From an uncultured Pseudomonadota bacterium (lineage in GTDB: Bacteria > UBA10199 > CAZHVX01): DNA of 26,362 nucleotides. Location: NCBI GenBank assembly GCA_964536295.1, contig CAZHVX010000005.1, positions 1,613-27,974 of the forward strand, written 5' to 3'. The notes under the pieces are model-generated. The model saw only the letters and a program-made list of their open reading frames with translations, searched no databases and was not told the origin of the DNA. Position numbers and translations under genes: made by a program. Of the stretch, positions 15,113 to 22,657 are shown one piece after another; the stretch's first letter is position 1, and every line of letters starts with the position of its first letter.

Positions 15113-17089
15113 ATGGAGAATAAAAAATCTCCATCCTTTTTGACTAATGGTCAAAAAAGACTGATATTTTTTGGTGGCAAAGGCGGCGTGGGTAAAACCA
15201 CCACCGCCGCCGCGTCAGCCATTTTTATAGCCAGGCAATTTCCTCAAAAAAAGGTTCTTGTTCTCTCCACCGATCCCGCACATTCCTTGTCCGATTGTTT
15301 TGAGATATTGCTTAATGATGAGGTTTCTTCGATAAATGGGTTGTCGAACCTCTTTGCTAGAGAATTAGATGCTGCTCGTTTATTAGATGCGTTCAAAGAT
15401 AAGAATGAAAAGATTATCAAGGTGTTGGCCGAAAGGGGAACCTATTTTGATAATGAGGATATTGAAAGTTTCTTTTCTTTATCACTCCCCGGTATGGATG
15501 AAGTAATGGCGGTTATAGAGATATATAATCTTTTTGTAAAAGGTGAGTATGAAACGATTATTATCGATACCGCGCCTACCGGCCATACTATGAGACTGCT
15601 TTTACTTCCTAACCAACTGGAGCAATGGATAGATCTTTTTAACTTGATGCAAGAAAAGCATCGGATCATGACTCGCCGTTTTTCCGGAAGATATGCGCCT
15701 GATGAGGCAGATAAATTTCTTGAAGATTTGACTCATGACCTGAAAGAAATGAGGAGCCTGCTTTCCAATCCTGCTATTACGGAGTTTGTTCCAATCACCA
15801 TCCCTGAGAAAATGAGCTTTAATGAAACGTGTAGACTTCTTGGGGTCTTGAGAGATTGTCATATGCCGGTAAGGAATATTATTGTTAACAACGTGATAAA
15901 GTCTGAGTCTTGTGAATATTGCCAAAAACAATATGAGGCACAAAAATCTGCCATAGAAAAAATCAGGAATTTATTTAAAGATTTTAATATAATGCACATG
16001 CCGCTATATCCGAAGGAGGTGCGGGGAGTCAATGCGCTCAGCGAATTTGCAGGCAGTTTAGTGGGTGAAGAAGTAAACTTTCAAGGGATGGTTCATAGGT
16101 CCAAAAGGAGTGATGGTGATCAACGTATCAAACTTGAACGTTTTCTAAACGACGATTTACAGATGTTGCTTGTTGGAGGCAAAGGAGGAGTTGGAAAGAC
16201 ATCAATTGCAACTGCACTTGCATTAAAGTTTTCCGGGAAATATCCAGATAAAAAAGTCTTACTTTTTTCTACCGATCCTGCCCATTCCTTGTCGGATAGC
16301 CTTGGGCAAGAAATAGGGAATAAAGTAACACAAGTCCAGGCAAGGCCTCTTGCTTCAAATTTATTTGCCATCGAAATCAATGCTGAAAAACTATTTGATG
16401 ATTTCGCAAAAAAATACAAAAGAGAAATAGATGATGTATTTGATGGTTTTTTCAATAGCTCATCTACAGCGGGAATGGATTTTAGCTACGATCGAAGTCT
16501 GATGAAAAAACTTATAAACGTATCGCCTCCTGGACTGGATGAATTGATGGCCTTAAAGGAAATCATGAATTACATAGATAAAGATACATACGATTTCTAC
16601 ATCTTGGATACCGCTCCAACTGGGCATTTGCTACGTTTTTTGGAGCTGCCTTCATTGGTACAAGGCTGGCTGAAGGCAATCTTTAGGCTTTTGATTAAAT
16701 ATGAAGGTATGGTGAATTTGAACAGTGTGGCAGAAAAGATGGTGGAACTTTCAAAGAGTGTAAAGCGGATCAAGGCGATCCTTTGCGATTCCAAAAGGGC
16801 CAAATTTCTTGCAGTTACTATTCCTGAAGCAATGGGGTTTGAAGAGACAAAAAGGCTTGTGGATTCACTTCACAATTTGGATATAGCGTGCACGGGTCTT
16901 GTCATTAATAAAATTTTCCCCAGTGTAAAGTGTGGCTTTTGTGGAATAAAAAGGGACGAACAATTAGAATATGCTAAAAAGATAGAGAAGAAACTTAATA
17001 TAAAACATGTTGCCCGCGTACCTCTGTTTCCATCAGAGATCGTGGGGGTTGAAAAATTAACAAAGTTTGGAGACAGAGCTTTTTATTAG
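15113..17089 (+). CDS. Fused tandem ArsA/Get3-family ATPase (two complete ArsA-like halves).
   Basis: There are two deviant Walker A P-loops (GGKGGVGKTTTAA and GGKGGVGKTSIAT). There are two STDPAHSLSD motifs. Two A-loop or signature motifs, DTAPTGHT(M/L)R(L/F)L, are present. The fused-dimer architecture is typical of ArsA and Get3 anion-pump or tail-anchored targeting ATPases. Confidence 0.85.
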   Translation: MENKKSPSFLTNGQKRLIFFGGKGGVGKTTTAAASAIFIARQFPQKKVLVLSTDPAHSLSDCFEILLNDEVSSINGLSNLFARELDAARLLDAFKDKNEKIIKVLAERGTYFDNEDIESFFSLSLPGMDEVMAVIEIYNLFVKGEYETIIIDTAPTGHTMRLLLLPNQLEQWIDLFNLMQEKHRIMTRRFSGRYAPDEADKFLEDLTHDLKEMRSLLSNPAITEFVPITIPEKMSFNETCRLLGVLRDCHMPVRNIIVNNVIKSESCEYCQKQYEAQKSAIEKIRNLFKDFNIMHMPLYPKEVRGVNALSEFAGSLVGEEVNFQGMVHRSKRSDGDQRIKLERFLNDDLQMLLVGGKGGVGKTSIATALALKFSGKYPDKKVLLFSTDPAHSLSDSLGQEIGNKVTQVQARPLASNLFAIEINAEKLFDDFAKKYKREIDDVFDGFFNSSSTAGMDFSYDRSLMKKLINVSPPGLDELMALKEIMNYIDKDTYDFYILDTAPTGHLLRFLELPSLVQGWLKAIFRLLIKYEGMVNLNSVAEKMVELSKSVKRIKAILCDSKRAKFLAVTIPEAMGFEETKRLVDSLHNLDIACTGLVINKIFPSVKCGFCGIKRDEQLEYAKKIEKKLNIKHVARVPLFPSEIVGVEKLTKFGDRAFY

Positions 17090-17214
17090 TGCAAAAGTGT
17101 TTAAGTGTATAAGTGTATGAGTATATAAGTGTAGAAGTTGAAGTAATTGAAATTTCTATAATCTAACTTAAAAACTCATACACTTAAACACTTATGGACT
17201 TAAGGGAGGTATTT
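17090..17214 (+). promoter_or_regulatory. Intergenic module 3. An octamer array (GTGTTTAA GTGTATAA GTGTATGA GTATATAA GTGTAGAA) is followed by the conserved core AGTTGAAGTAATTGAAATTTCTATAATCTAACTTAAAAACTCATACAC, with TATAAT at 17156-17161, and then reverse octamers. Candidate gvpJ-K-L promoter or operator.
   Basis: The core is near-identical to module 2. It sits immediately upstream of gvpJ. Confidence 0.55.
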
Positions 17215-17571
17215 ATGACATTAGAAGCCAGGCGAGAAGGGTCAGATAGCCTTGCCGATGCAATCGATCGTATATTGGATAAGGGATTAATTATTAATGC
17301 CGATATTCAGGTATCTTTGGCAGGCGTGGAGCTCTTAGGAATAAAGATACGTGCGGCGCTGGCGTCCTTTGAGACGGCGGCCAAGTATGGCCTGGAATTT
17401 CCGTCAGGTACATCTATCGAAGGACCTGCTTGGGAAGAAGCAAAGATACCAAAGGAAGCATGCCCGCAGTGTGAAAAGCGCGTGCCAACTGAGCATCTTA
17501 TGAATGGAGGTTGTCCGTGGTGTGGTTGGATTAGCGCAAAGGCACTTAAAGCAACACCTGAGGCTAAGTGA
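17215..17571 (+). CDS. gvpJ: Gas vesicle protein GvpJ (GvpA-family core with a C-terminal Cys-rich extension).
   Basis: The segment [49 protein letters not shown] is the GvpA/J/M-family core. The RBS AAGGGAGGT precedes ATG 17215. The C-terminal CPQC...CPWC forms a putative Zn-ribbon. Confidence 0.85.
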   Translation: MTLEARREGSDSLADAIDRILDKGLIINADIQVSLAGVELLGIKIRAALASFETAAKYGLEFPSGTSIEGPAWEEAKIPKEACPQCEKRVPTEHLMNGGCPWCGWISAKALKATPEAK

Positions 17572-17885
17572 TGCCAATAAATATAGATGAAAAAAATCTA
17601 AAGCATGGTCTCTTAGGTTTGGTGCTAGCCTTGGTGGAAATCATAAGAGATACGTTAAAGATCCAGGCTACAAAAAGAATGGATGGAAAAAGTCTTACCG
17701 AGGAAGAGATCGAACGGTTAGGGCGGGCCTTGATGGAGTTGGATGTGGCCATCGAACAAATGAAGGAAGACCAAGGCGTTTCTGAGGCAGTAGCTTCCGT
17801 CCGTGACGGACTGGACGACATTGTTAATGATGCAATTCATACAATTATTAATCCAGTTGAAGGGAGGCAAATTGATAAATCCTAA
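17568..17885 (+). CDS. gvpK: Gas vesicle protein GvpK.
   Basis: The motif LKHGLLGLVLALVEIIRDTLKIQATKRMDGKSLTEEEIERLGRAL is the conserved GvpK pattern. There is a 4-bp overlap with gvpJ. Confidence 0.85.
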   Translation: MMPINIDEKNLKHGLLGLVLALVEIIRDTLKIQATKRMDGKSLTEEEIERLGRALMELDVAIEQMKEDQGVSEAVASVRDGLDDIVNDAIHTIINPVEGRQIDKS

Positions 17886-18651
17886 AGTTGCAAAATATCT
17901 CTATTGTATTGTCGACGCGAGTGAAGAGGTTAATTTGGGCAACGTTGGTATTGAAAGAGGTGAGGTTTATACAATTGTTTACAAAGATATCGCAGCAATA
18001 GCGCACGATTGTCATCCTGAGCCTTATCAATCGGATGATAAGCAGGTGGTAGAGAGCTGGGTCAAATCTCATCAAGCGGTCATTGATCTATGCTGGGAGC
18101 GATTTGGTACAATACTGCCTTTTGGATTCGATACCATAATCCAGGGGAGTGAAGAAAGAAATCCTCTTGAAAACACAAAAAAATGGATTAGCGATGATCA
18201 TGATAAGTTAAAGGGACAAATTGAGAAGCTTCGTGGAAAGGCGGAATATGGGATTCAGATTTCCTGGGATCCAAAAATTATCATAAATGAATTTTGCAAA
18301 ACCAACAAAGAGATTAAAGCCTTGGAAAAAGAGATATCTACAAAATTAGAAGGTGCGGCATATATGTATAGGCAAAAGCTGGAGGGGTTGTTTCGCAGCG
18401 AATTGGAGAAAAAGGCAAATGAGTTTTTTAAAGAAGCATTCGATAATTTTAAGGTCTATCTGAAAGATGTCAAAGTAGAAAAGGTCAAGAAAATGGATGA
18501 CGGTAGGCAGATGCTGATGAACCTTTCGTGTCTTTTAGAAAAGGGTGAAACTAAAGATCTTGGGGACGAATTGGAGAAAATTGATAAGCGGGAAGGCTTC
18601 TTTGTGAAATTTACCGGCCCATGGCCACCTTATTCTTTCGTAAGTGCATAA
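17872..18651 (+). CDS. gvpL: Gas vesicle protein GvpL/GvpF family.
   Basis: The N-terminus AKYLYCIVD... and the C-terminal FTGPWPPYSFV are GvpF/L hallmarks. The start is taken as TTG 17872, preceded by GAAGGGAGG 5 nt upstream. The ATG at 17803 is an alternative in-frame start that would overlap gvpK by 83 nt. Confidence 0.75.
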   Translation: MINPKVAKYLYCIVDASEEVNLGNVGIERGEVYTIVYKDIAAIAHDCHPEPYQSDDKQVVESWVKSHQAVIDLCWERFGTILPFGFDTIIQGSEERNPLENTKKWISDDHDKLKGQIEKLRGKAEYGIQISWDPKIIINEFCKTNKEIKALEKEISTKLEGAAYMYRQKLEGLFRSELEKKANEFFKEAFDNFKVYLKDVKVEKVKKMDDGRQMLMNLSCLLEKGETKDLGDELEKIDKREGFFVKFTGPWPPYSFVSA

Positions 18652-18682
18652 GTGTATGAGTGTATGAGTTGGAGAGTTGAAT
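18640..18682 (+). promoter_or_regulatory. Intergenic module 4 (short): GTGCATAA GTGTATGA GTGTATGA GTTGGAGA octamer units upstream of the four-helix-bundle gene.
   Basis: The GTGTATRA unit family is the same as in modules 1 to 3. Confidence 0.45.
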
Positions 18683-19048
18683 ATGAAAATAGAGAGATTT
18701 GAAGAATTAGATTGCTGGAAGGCAGCACGGGAACTAGTGACAATAGTTTACAAACTTACACGAGAGAAAATGTTTAGTAGGGATTTTGGATTGAGGGATC
18801 AAATTCAAAAAGCTGCTATTTCAACAATGGCAAATATCGCCGAGGGGTTTGCTGCCAATTCGGATAGGGAATTCATTAGATTCCTAGGATATGCAAGTCG
18901 TTCTGCTATTGAAGTTCAATCACATTTATATGCTACCCTCGATTTAGAATATATAGAGCATGATCAATTTGATAAGGCCTTCAATAAGGCTCAAGATTGT
19001 ACAAATTTATGTAGAGGTTTAATTCGATATTTAAAAACAAAAACTTAA
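18683..19048 (+). CDS. Four-helix-bundle protein of the '23S rRNA intervening-sequence / S23 ribosomal protein' family.
   Basis: The protein MKIERFEELDCWKAARELVTIVYKLTREK...RDQIQKAAISTMANIAEGFAANSDREFIRFLGYASRSAIEVQSHLY is the characteristic pattern of this small, widely scattered family (..W..A..L...IY.LT..FP..E...L..QL.RAA.SI..NIAEG....S..E...FL..A.GS..E....L). The assignment is motif-based. Confidence 0.6.
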   Translation: MKIERFEELDCWKAARELVTIVYKLTREKMFSRDFGLRDQIQKAAISTMANIAEGFAANSDREFIRFLGYASRSAIEVQSHLYATLDLEYIEHDQFDKAFNKAQDCTNLCRGLIRYLKTKT

Positions 19049-19096
19049 AAACAAAAACTTATGGACTTATAAACTTATACACTCATACACTTATTT
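19049..19096 (+). promoter_or_regulatory. Intergenic module 5: reverse-orientation octamers (ACTTATGG ACTTATAA ACTTATAC ACTCATAC ACTTATTT) directly abutting the gvpM start.
   Basis: These are the reverse complement of the GTGTATRA family. There is no RBS between the module and ATG 19097. Confidence 0.45.
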
Positions 19097-19369
19097 ATGG
19101 AACCAACAAGAAACGGTAGAGCGACATTAGTAGACCTTCTTGACAGGGTGTTGGACAAGGGGTTGGTTATCAACGCCGATATCATCATCTCCTTGGCCGG
19201 TGTGCCCTTAATTGGCGTGAACTTGCGGGCAGCGCTGGCGGGCATGGAGACTATGGTTAAATATGGAATGATGCGCGATTATGATCTCAAGTCACGCAAG
19301 TGGGAGAGCGAAAAACGTCGCGAAGAAGAAAAAAAGAAAATAACACCACAGCCATTGGTGCAAAAGTAA
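19097..19369 (+). CDS. gvpM: Gas vesicle protein GvpM/GvpJ-type (GvpA family).
   Basis: The segment TLVDLLDRVLDKGLVINADIIISLAGVPLIGVNLRAALAGMETMVKYGMM is the GvpA-family core. The C-terminal tail is basic and acidic. Confidence 0.8.
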   Translation: MEPTRNGRATLVDLLDRVLDKGLVINADIIISLAGVPLIGVNLRAALAGMETMVKYGMMRDYDLKSRKWESEKRREEEKKKITPQPLVQK

Positions 19370-19380
19370 CAGGGGGATTT

Positions 19381-19560
19381 ATGACATTTGATCCATTCAA
19401 AATAGTAAAAGAGATTCAAAAAGGTTTGAGAGGTTTGTCCAAAAAAGCCGGAAAATCTGGAAATCCGAAATTCAAAGAAATTGAAAAGCGCCTCAAAGAA
19501 ATCGATGAAAAGTTGGAAGAGAAGTTTAGTGACAAACAAGGTGATGAAGAAAACAAGTAG
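19381..19560 (+). CDS. Small hypothetical K/E-rich protein of 59 aa.
   Basis: The RBS ACAGGGGGA precedes ATG 19381 (MTFDPFKIVKEIQKGL...). The ORF-track start at 19300 lies inside gvpM, so it is less likely. Confidence 0.35.
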   Translation: MTFDPFKIVKEIQKGLRGLSKKAGKSGNPKFKEIEKRLKEIDEKLEEKFSDKQGDEENK

Positions 19561-19568
19561 GGGGCTCG

Positions 19569-19952
19569 ATGGCGAGGATTCCTTCAAAAAGTGGGCTGGA
19601 TACATTAAAGGTGCGCAGGGAGCCAAGGCTCGTTAATAACGAACCGGTCCTTTTGTGGCAACAAGGTTCTTACGATTGCGGCAGCTCCTTATCGTCAAGC
19701 TGGAAGCTGGGATTTATATGCTTAACAAAGAATAACATATACTTCCTCCAGGGAAAGCGATGTGTCCTGGAGATAGACTCTCAGCAGATAAGAGAAATTA
19801 CTATTCTAAAAAGAAGTTGGGTCTTGGGGAAGGTGATTGATCAATTGTTTATTAGGATCGTAGACGCAATACAAAGGACAAAGAAATATTACTTTGGTGT
19901 CGATAAACCTGAAAGGTGGAAAGAGGCAATCGAGGGGGTAATAGATGGCTAA
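19569..19952 (+). CDS. Bacterial PH/GRAM-like domain protein, translationally coupled to the DnaK-like gene by an 8-bp overlap.
   Basis: The segment PVLLWQQGSYDCG...WKLGFICLTKNNIYFL resembles the N-terminal PH/GRAM-like module of 21678-22550 (EKVILKSKGGLNDG..WRMGEICLTNERLLFL). It is shared by two proteins flanking dnaK. Confidence 0.5.
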   Translation: MARIPSKSGLDTLKVRREPRLVNNEPVLLWQQGSYDCGSSLSSSWKLGFICLTKNNIYFLQGKRCVLEIDSQQIREITILKRSWVLGKVIDQLFIRIVDAIQRTKKYYFGVDKPERWKEAIEGVIDG

Positions 19953-21681
19953 AGTCATAGGTATAGACCTAGGGACAACGTATTCAGTAATGGCTTACTT
20001 GGATAACGGTAAGGCGAAGATCATCCCTAACGCCGAAAAAGAGCACCTAACTCCTTCTGTGGTGGGCTTTGATGCCTTGGAACACGCCTTTGTTGGGGAT
20101 CTTGCCAGGCGCCAATCTGCCATTCATCCCGATCGAACGGTTGCATCCATCAAACGAAAGATGGGAACTAACCATCGTGTAAAAATAGGATCGAAAGAAT
20201 ATTCGCCTCAAGAAATCTCGGCGTTTATACTCAAAAAACTAAAAAGGGATGCAGAAAAATATCTTGGCGACGAAGTCAAGCAAGCTGTGATTACAGTTCC
20301 AGCATATTTTAACGATTCACAACGTCAAGCTACCAAAGATGCAGGAAAGATTGCAGGGCTAGAAGTGCTGCGTATAATCAACGAACCAACGGCAGCATCA
20401 TTGGCTTATGGTCTTGGCCACGGCGGAACACAAACCGTTTTGGTGTGGGACTTAGGAGGTGGAACATTTGATGTTTCCATACTGGAAATTGGCGAAGGGG
20501 TGTTCGAAGTTAAATCAACTTGTGGAAATACACAGTTGGGTGGTGACGATTGGACGGAACGGATTGCCGATTTTGCCATAAAAGAATTTGAATCGAAACA
20601 TGGCGCCTTTCCCAAAGATAACCTGATTGCAATGCAAAGGGTAATAAATGCTGCGGAAGAGGTCAAAATAAAAATTTCTCATGCAAGGGAAGTGAATATA
20701 AACGTACCGTTCATATCTAACAATGGAGATAAACCAGAGCATTTGGATTGTAATCTTTCCAGAGAAGTTTATGAAGACTTTACCGCTGATCTTTTGGAGA
20801 AGCTGATTGGTCCTACCAGGCGAGCTTTAGAAGATGCCGGGCTTACGCCGGAAAAAATAAACCACGCGGTTTTGGTTGGCGGCTCTACCAGGATGCCTGC
20901 GGTTCAAGCTAAAGTCGCTGAACTGATGAGCAAACAGCCTTTTAAAGGTGTAAACCCAGATGAGGTGGTTGCCATTGGTGCGGCAATTCAGGCCGGGGTC
21001 TTAACCGGAGAGGTGACCGATGTAGTCTTGGTGGACGTTGTTCCACTTTCATTAGGGATTGAGACACTCGGCGGTATATTTGCCAAAATAATGAGTCGCA
21101 ATACCACCGTTCCTACTTCCAAGAGCCAGATATTTACAACTTCGGCAGACAATCAAATCGAAGTCGATATCCACATCCTTCAAGGTGAACGTGAGCTGGT
21201 TGCAAATAATACTTCATTAGGCAATTTTAAACTGGTGGACGTTTCACCTGAAGCTCGGGGCGTTCCTAAAATTGAAGTGACCTTTGATGTTGATGCCGAT
21301 GGTATTCTAAGCGTTTCTGCAAAAGATCTATATACAGAGAATGAACAACGAATTCAAATTAGCTCACCAACGGCATTATCTTCTGAAGAAGTGGAACAAA
21401 TGGTTACGGAAGCCAAGTCACATGCCGAAGATGATCGCAAAAAACGAGAGGAAATAGAACTTACTATCAAGGCAGACAATGTTGTTTATGCCGCATTGGA
21501 AACAATGGAAGAAAAAGGCGATTTGTTTGACAAGGTTGAATTGAAACAGGCAAATACGTTGGTGAATAAAATAAAAGCAGCCTTGAAAGAAAACAACTGC
21601 GAACCTTTACCAAGTTTGATGGAAGAGTTAAGGGTGTTGATGGAAACCGTGTGCAACAAAAAAACTAAGGAAAAGGTATGA
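19945..21681 (+). CDS. dnaK: Hsp70/DnaK-family chaperone, a short paralog of 578 aa.
   Basis: The Hsp70 signature motifs IGIDLGTTYS, DLGGGTFDVS and VVLVDVVPLSLGIETLGG (substrate-binding domain) are present. It lacks roughly 50 to 60 C-terminal residues, including the lid end, compared with canonical DnaK. Confidence 0.9.
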   Translation: MAKVIGIDLGTTYSVMAYLDNGKAKIIPNAEKEHLTPSVVGFDALEHAFVGDLARRQSAIHPDRTVASIKRKMGTNHRVKIGSKEYSPQEISAFILKKLKRDAEKYLGDEVKQAVITVPAYFNDSQRQATKDAGKIAGLEVLRIINEPTAASLAYGLGHGGTQTVLVWDLGGGTFDVSILEIGEGVFEVKSTCGNTQLGGDDWTERIADFAIKEFESKHGAFPKDNLIAMQRVINAAEEVKIKISHAREVNINVPFISNNGDKPEHLDCNLSREVYEDFTADLLEKLIGPTRRALEDAGLTPEKINHAVLVGGSTRMPAVQAKVAELMSKQPFKGVNPDEVVAIGAAIQAGVLTGEVTDVVLVDVVPLSLGIETLGGIFAKIMSRNTTVPTSKSQIFTTSADNQIEVDIHILQGERELVANNTSLGNFKLVDVSPEARGVPKIEVTFDVDADGILSVSAKDLYTENEQRIQISSPTALSSEEVEQMVTEAKSHAEDDRKKREEIELTIKADNVVYAALETMEEKGDLFDKVELKQANTLVNKIKAALKENNCEPLPSLMEELRVLMETVCNKKTKEKV

Positions 21682-22550
21682 AAAAAGTAGCATTAAATCC
21701 CAATGAAAAAGTAATCCTCAAAAGCAAAGGCGGCCTAAACGATGGTAGTCAGTCACGTTGGCGAATGGGAGAAATTTGTCTTACAAACGAGAGGCTTTTA
21801 TTTCTCCAACCCTTTGGAATTACTTGTGAAATAGCATTATCCTCGATGGACGAAGTGGGTGTGGAGAAAAAGGACTATGCCTTCGGTCAGAAAAATGCGT
21901 TGTTCTTGAAATATAAGCACAATAATGAGGGCAATGATAAGCATGGCACAATTTGGGTAGTTACGCCAGAGCTGGATAGGTGGAAGGAAAAGCTTTGTGG
22001 TTGGATGCTGATTCAAGTGACTGAAGAAGATTTGGGCAAGGTCTGTGAAAAATTAGATCCGGACTCGGAACGAATTGTTTGGCACTTTTGGGAGGTATCG
22101 CACGCTCGCATCGATGAGCTGGCAACTCTCATTGGTGCTTCGGCGCATATGGATGTGCTCATAAAGATAAGGAACGAGATCAACAAGGTTGCCAGTGAAA
22201 TATTAGGATATCCGTTATTGACATTTGATGTATCCAAAAAAGATCCGGAAACCGAAAAGGATGTTACCTATAGTTGGTGGCTGATAGGCCGTGGCGGTAG
22301 GACAATATCCAAAGAGACTTTTTGCGATGTGTTTGACGAGGGAAAACAATTGGTGGTGGTGGTTGAATTGCTTGGCGTTGATGATAAAGACCTCGATCTT
22401 CAAATAGATCAAAAACGTATTCGGATCAACAATTCAAGTAATGGGAATTGTGAAAAGGAGGTATTCTTGCCCGTCGAAATTGTAGTCGATAAGATCCAGC
22501 AACGTTTTAATAATGGGATTTTGGAAATCAGGGCAACAAAAAGGGGCTGA
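21678..22550 (+). CDS. Two-domain protein: an N-terminal bacterial PH/GRAM-like domain and a C-terminal Hsp20/alpha-crystallin-like domain.
   Basis: The N-terminus parallels 19569-19952. The C-terminal segment QLVVVVELLGVDDKDLDLQIDQKRIRINN...VFLPVEIVVDKIQQRFNNGILEIRATK resembles an alpha-crystallin beta-sandwich. There is a 4-bp overlap with dnaK. Confidence 0.55.
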   Translation: MKKVALNPNEKVILKSKGGLNDGSQSRWRMGEICLTNERLLFLQPFGITCEIALSSMDEVGVEKKDYAFGQKNALFLKYKHNNEGNDKHGTIWVVTPELDRWKEKLCGWMLIQVTEEDLGKVCEKLDPDSERIVWHFWEVSHARIDELATLIGASAHMDVLIKIRNEINKVASEILGYPLLTFDVSKKDPETEKDVTYSWWLIGRGGRTISKETFCDVFDEGKQLVVVVELLGVDDKDLDLQIDQKRIRINNSSNGNCEKEVFLPVEIVVDKIQQRFNNGILEIRATKRG

Positions 22551-22657
22551 AATGGTAGAAAAATCTAGCGAGATTAAATGTTCAATATTTCAAAAGGAAG
22601 AGTGGGTTGCAAAACAACTAACTTCCTACATTATATTGATGTAAAATAAACGAACTT

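Noticed and set aside
17803-17871. ATG 17803 as the gvpL start.
   Set aside because: It would overlap gvpK by 83 nt and add a hydrophobic leader not seen in the other three GvpF/L paralogs. TTG 17872 is preceded by a perfect GAAGGGAGG RBS and yields the family-typical N-terminus (..KVAKYLYCIVD). The ATG cannot be fully excluded without experimental N-terminal data.
22551-22657. A possible promoter (TTGCAA ... ATTATA) upstream of the J-domain/TPR gene.
   Set aside because: The hexamers are weak and the spacing is ambiguous in an AT-rich gap. It is not reported as a feature.
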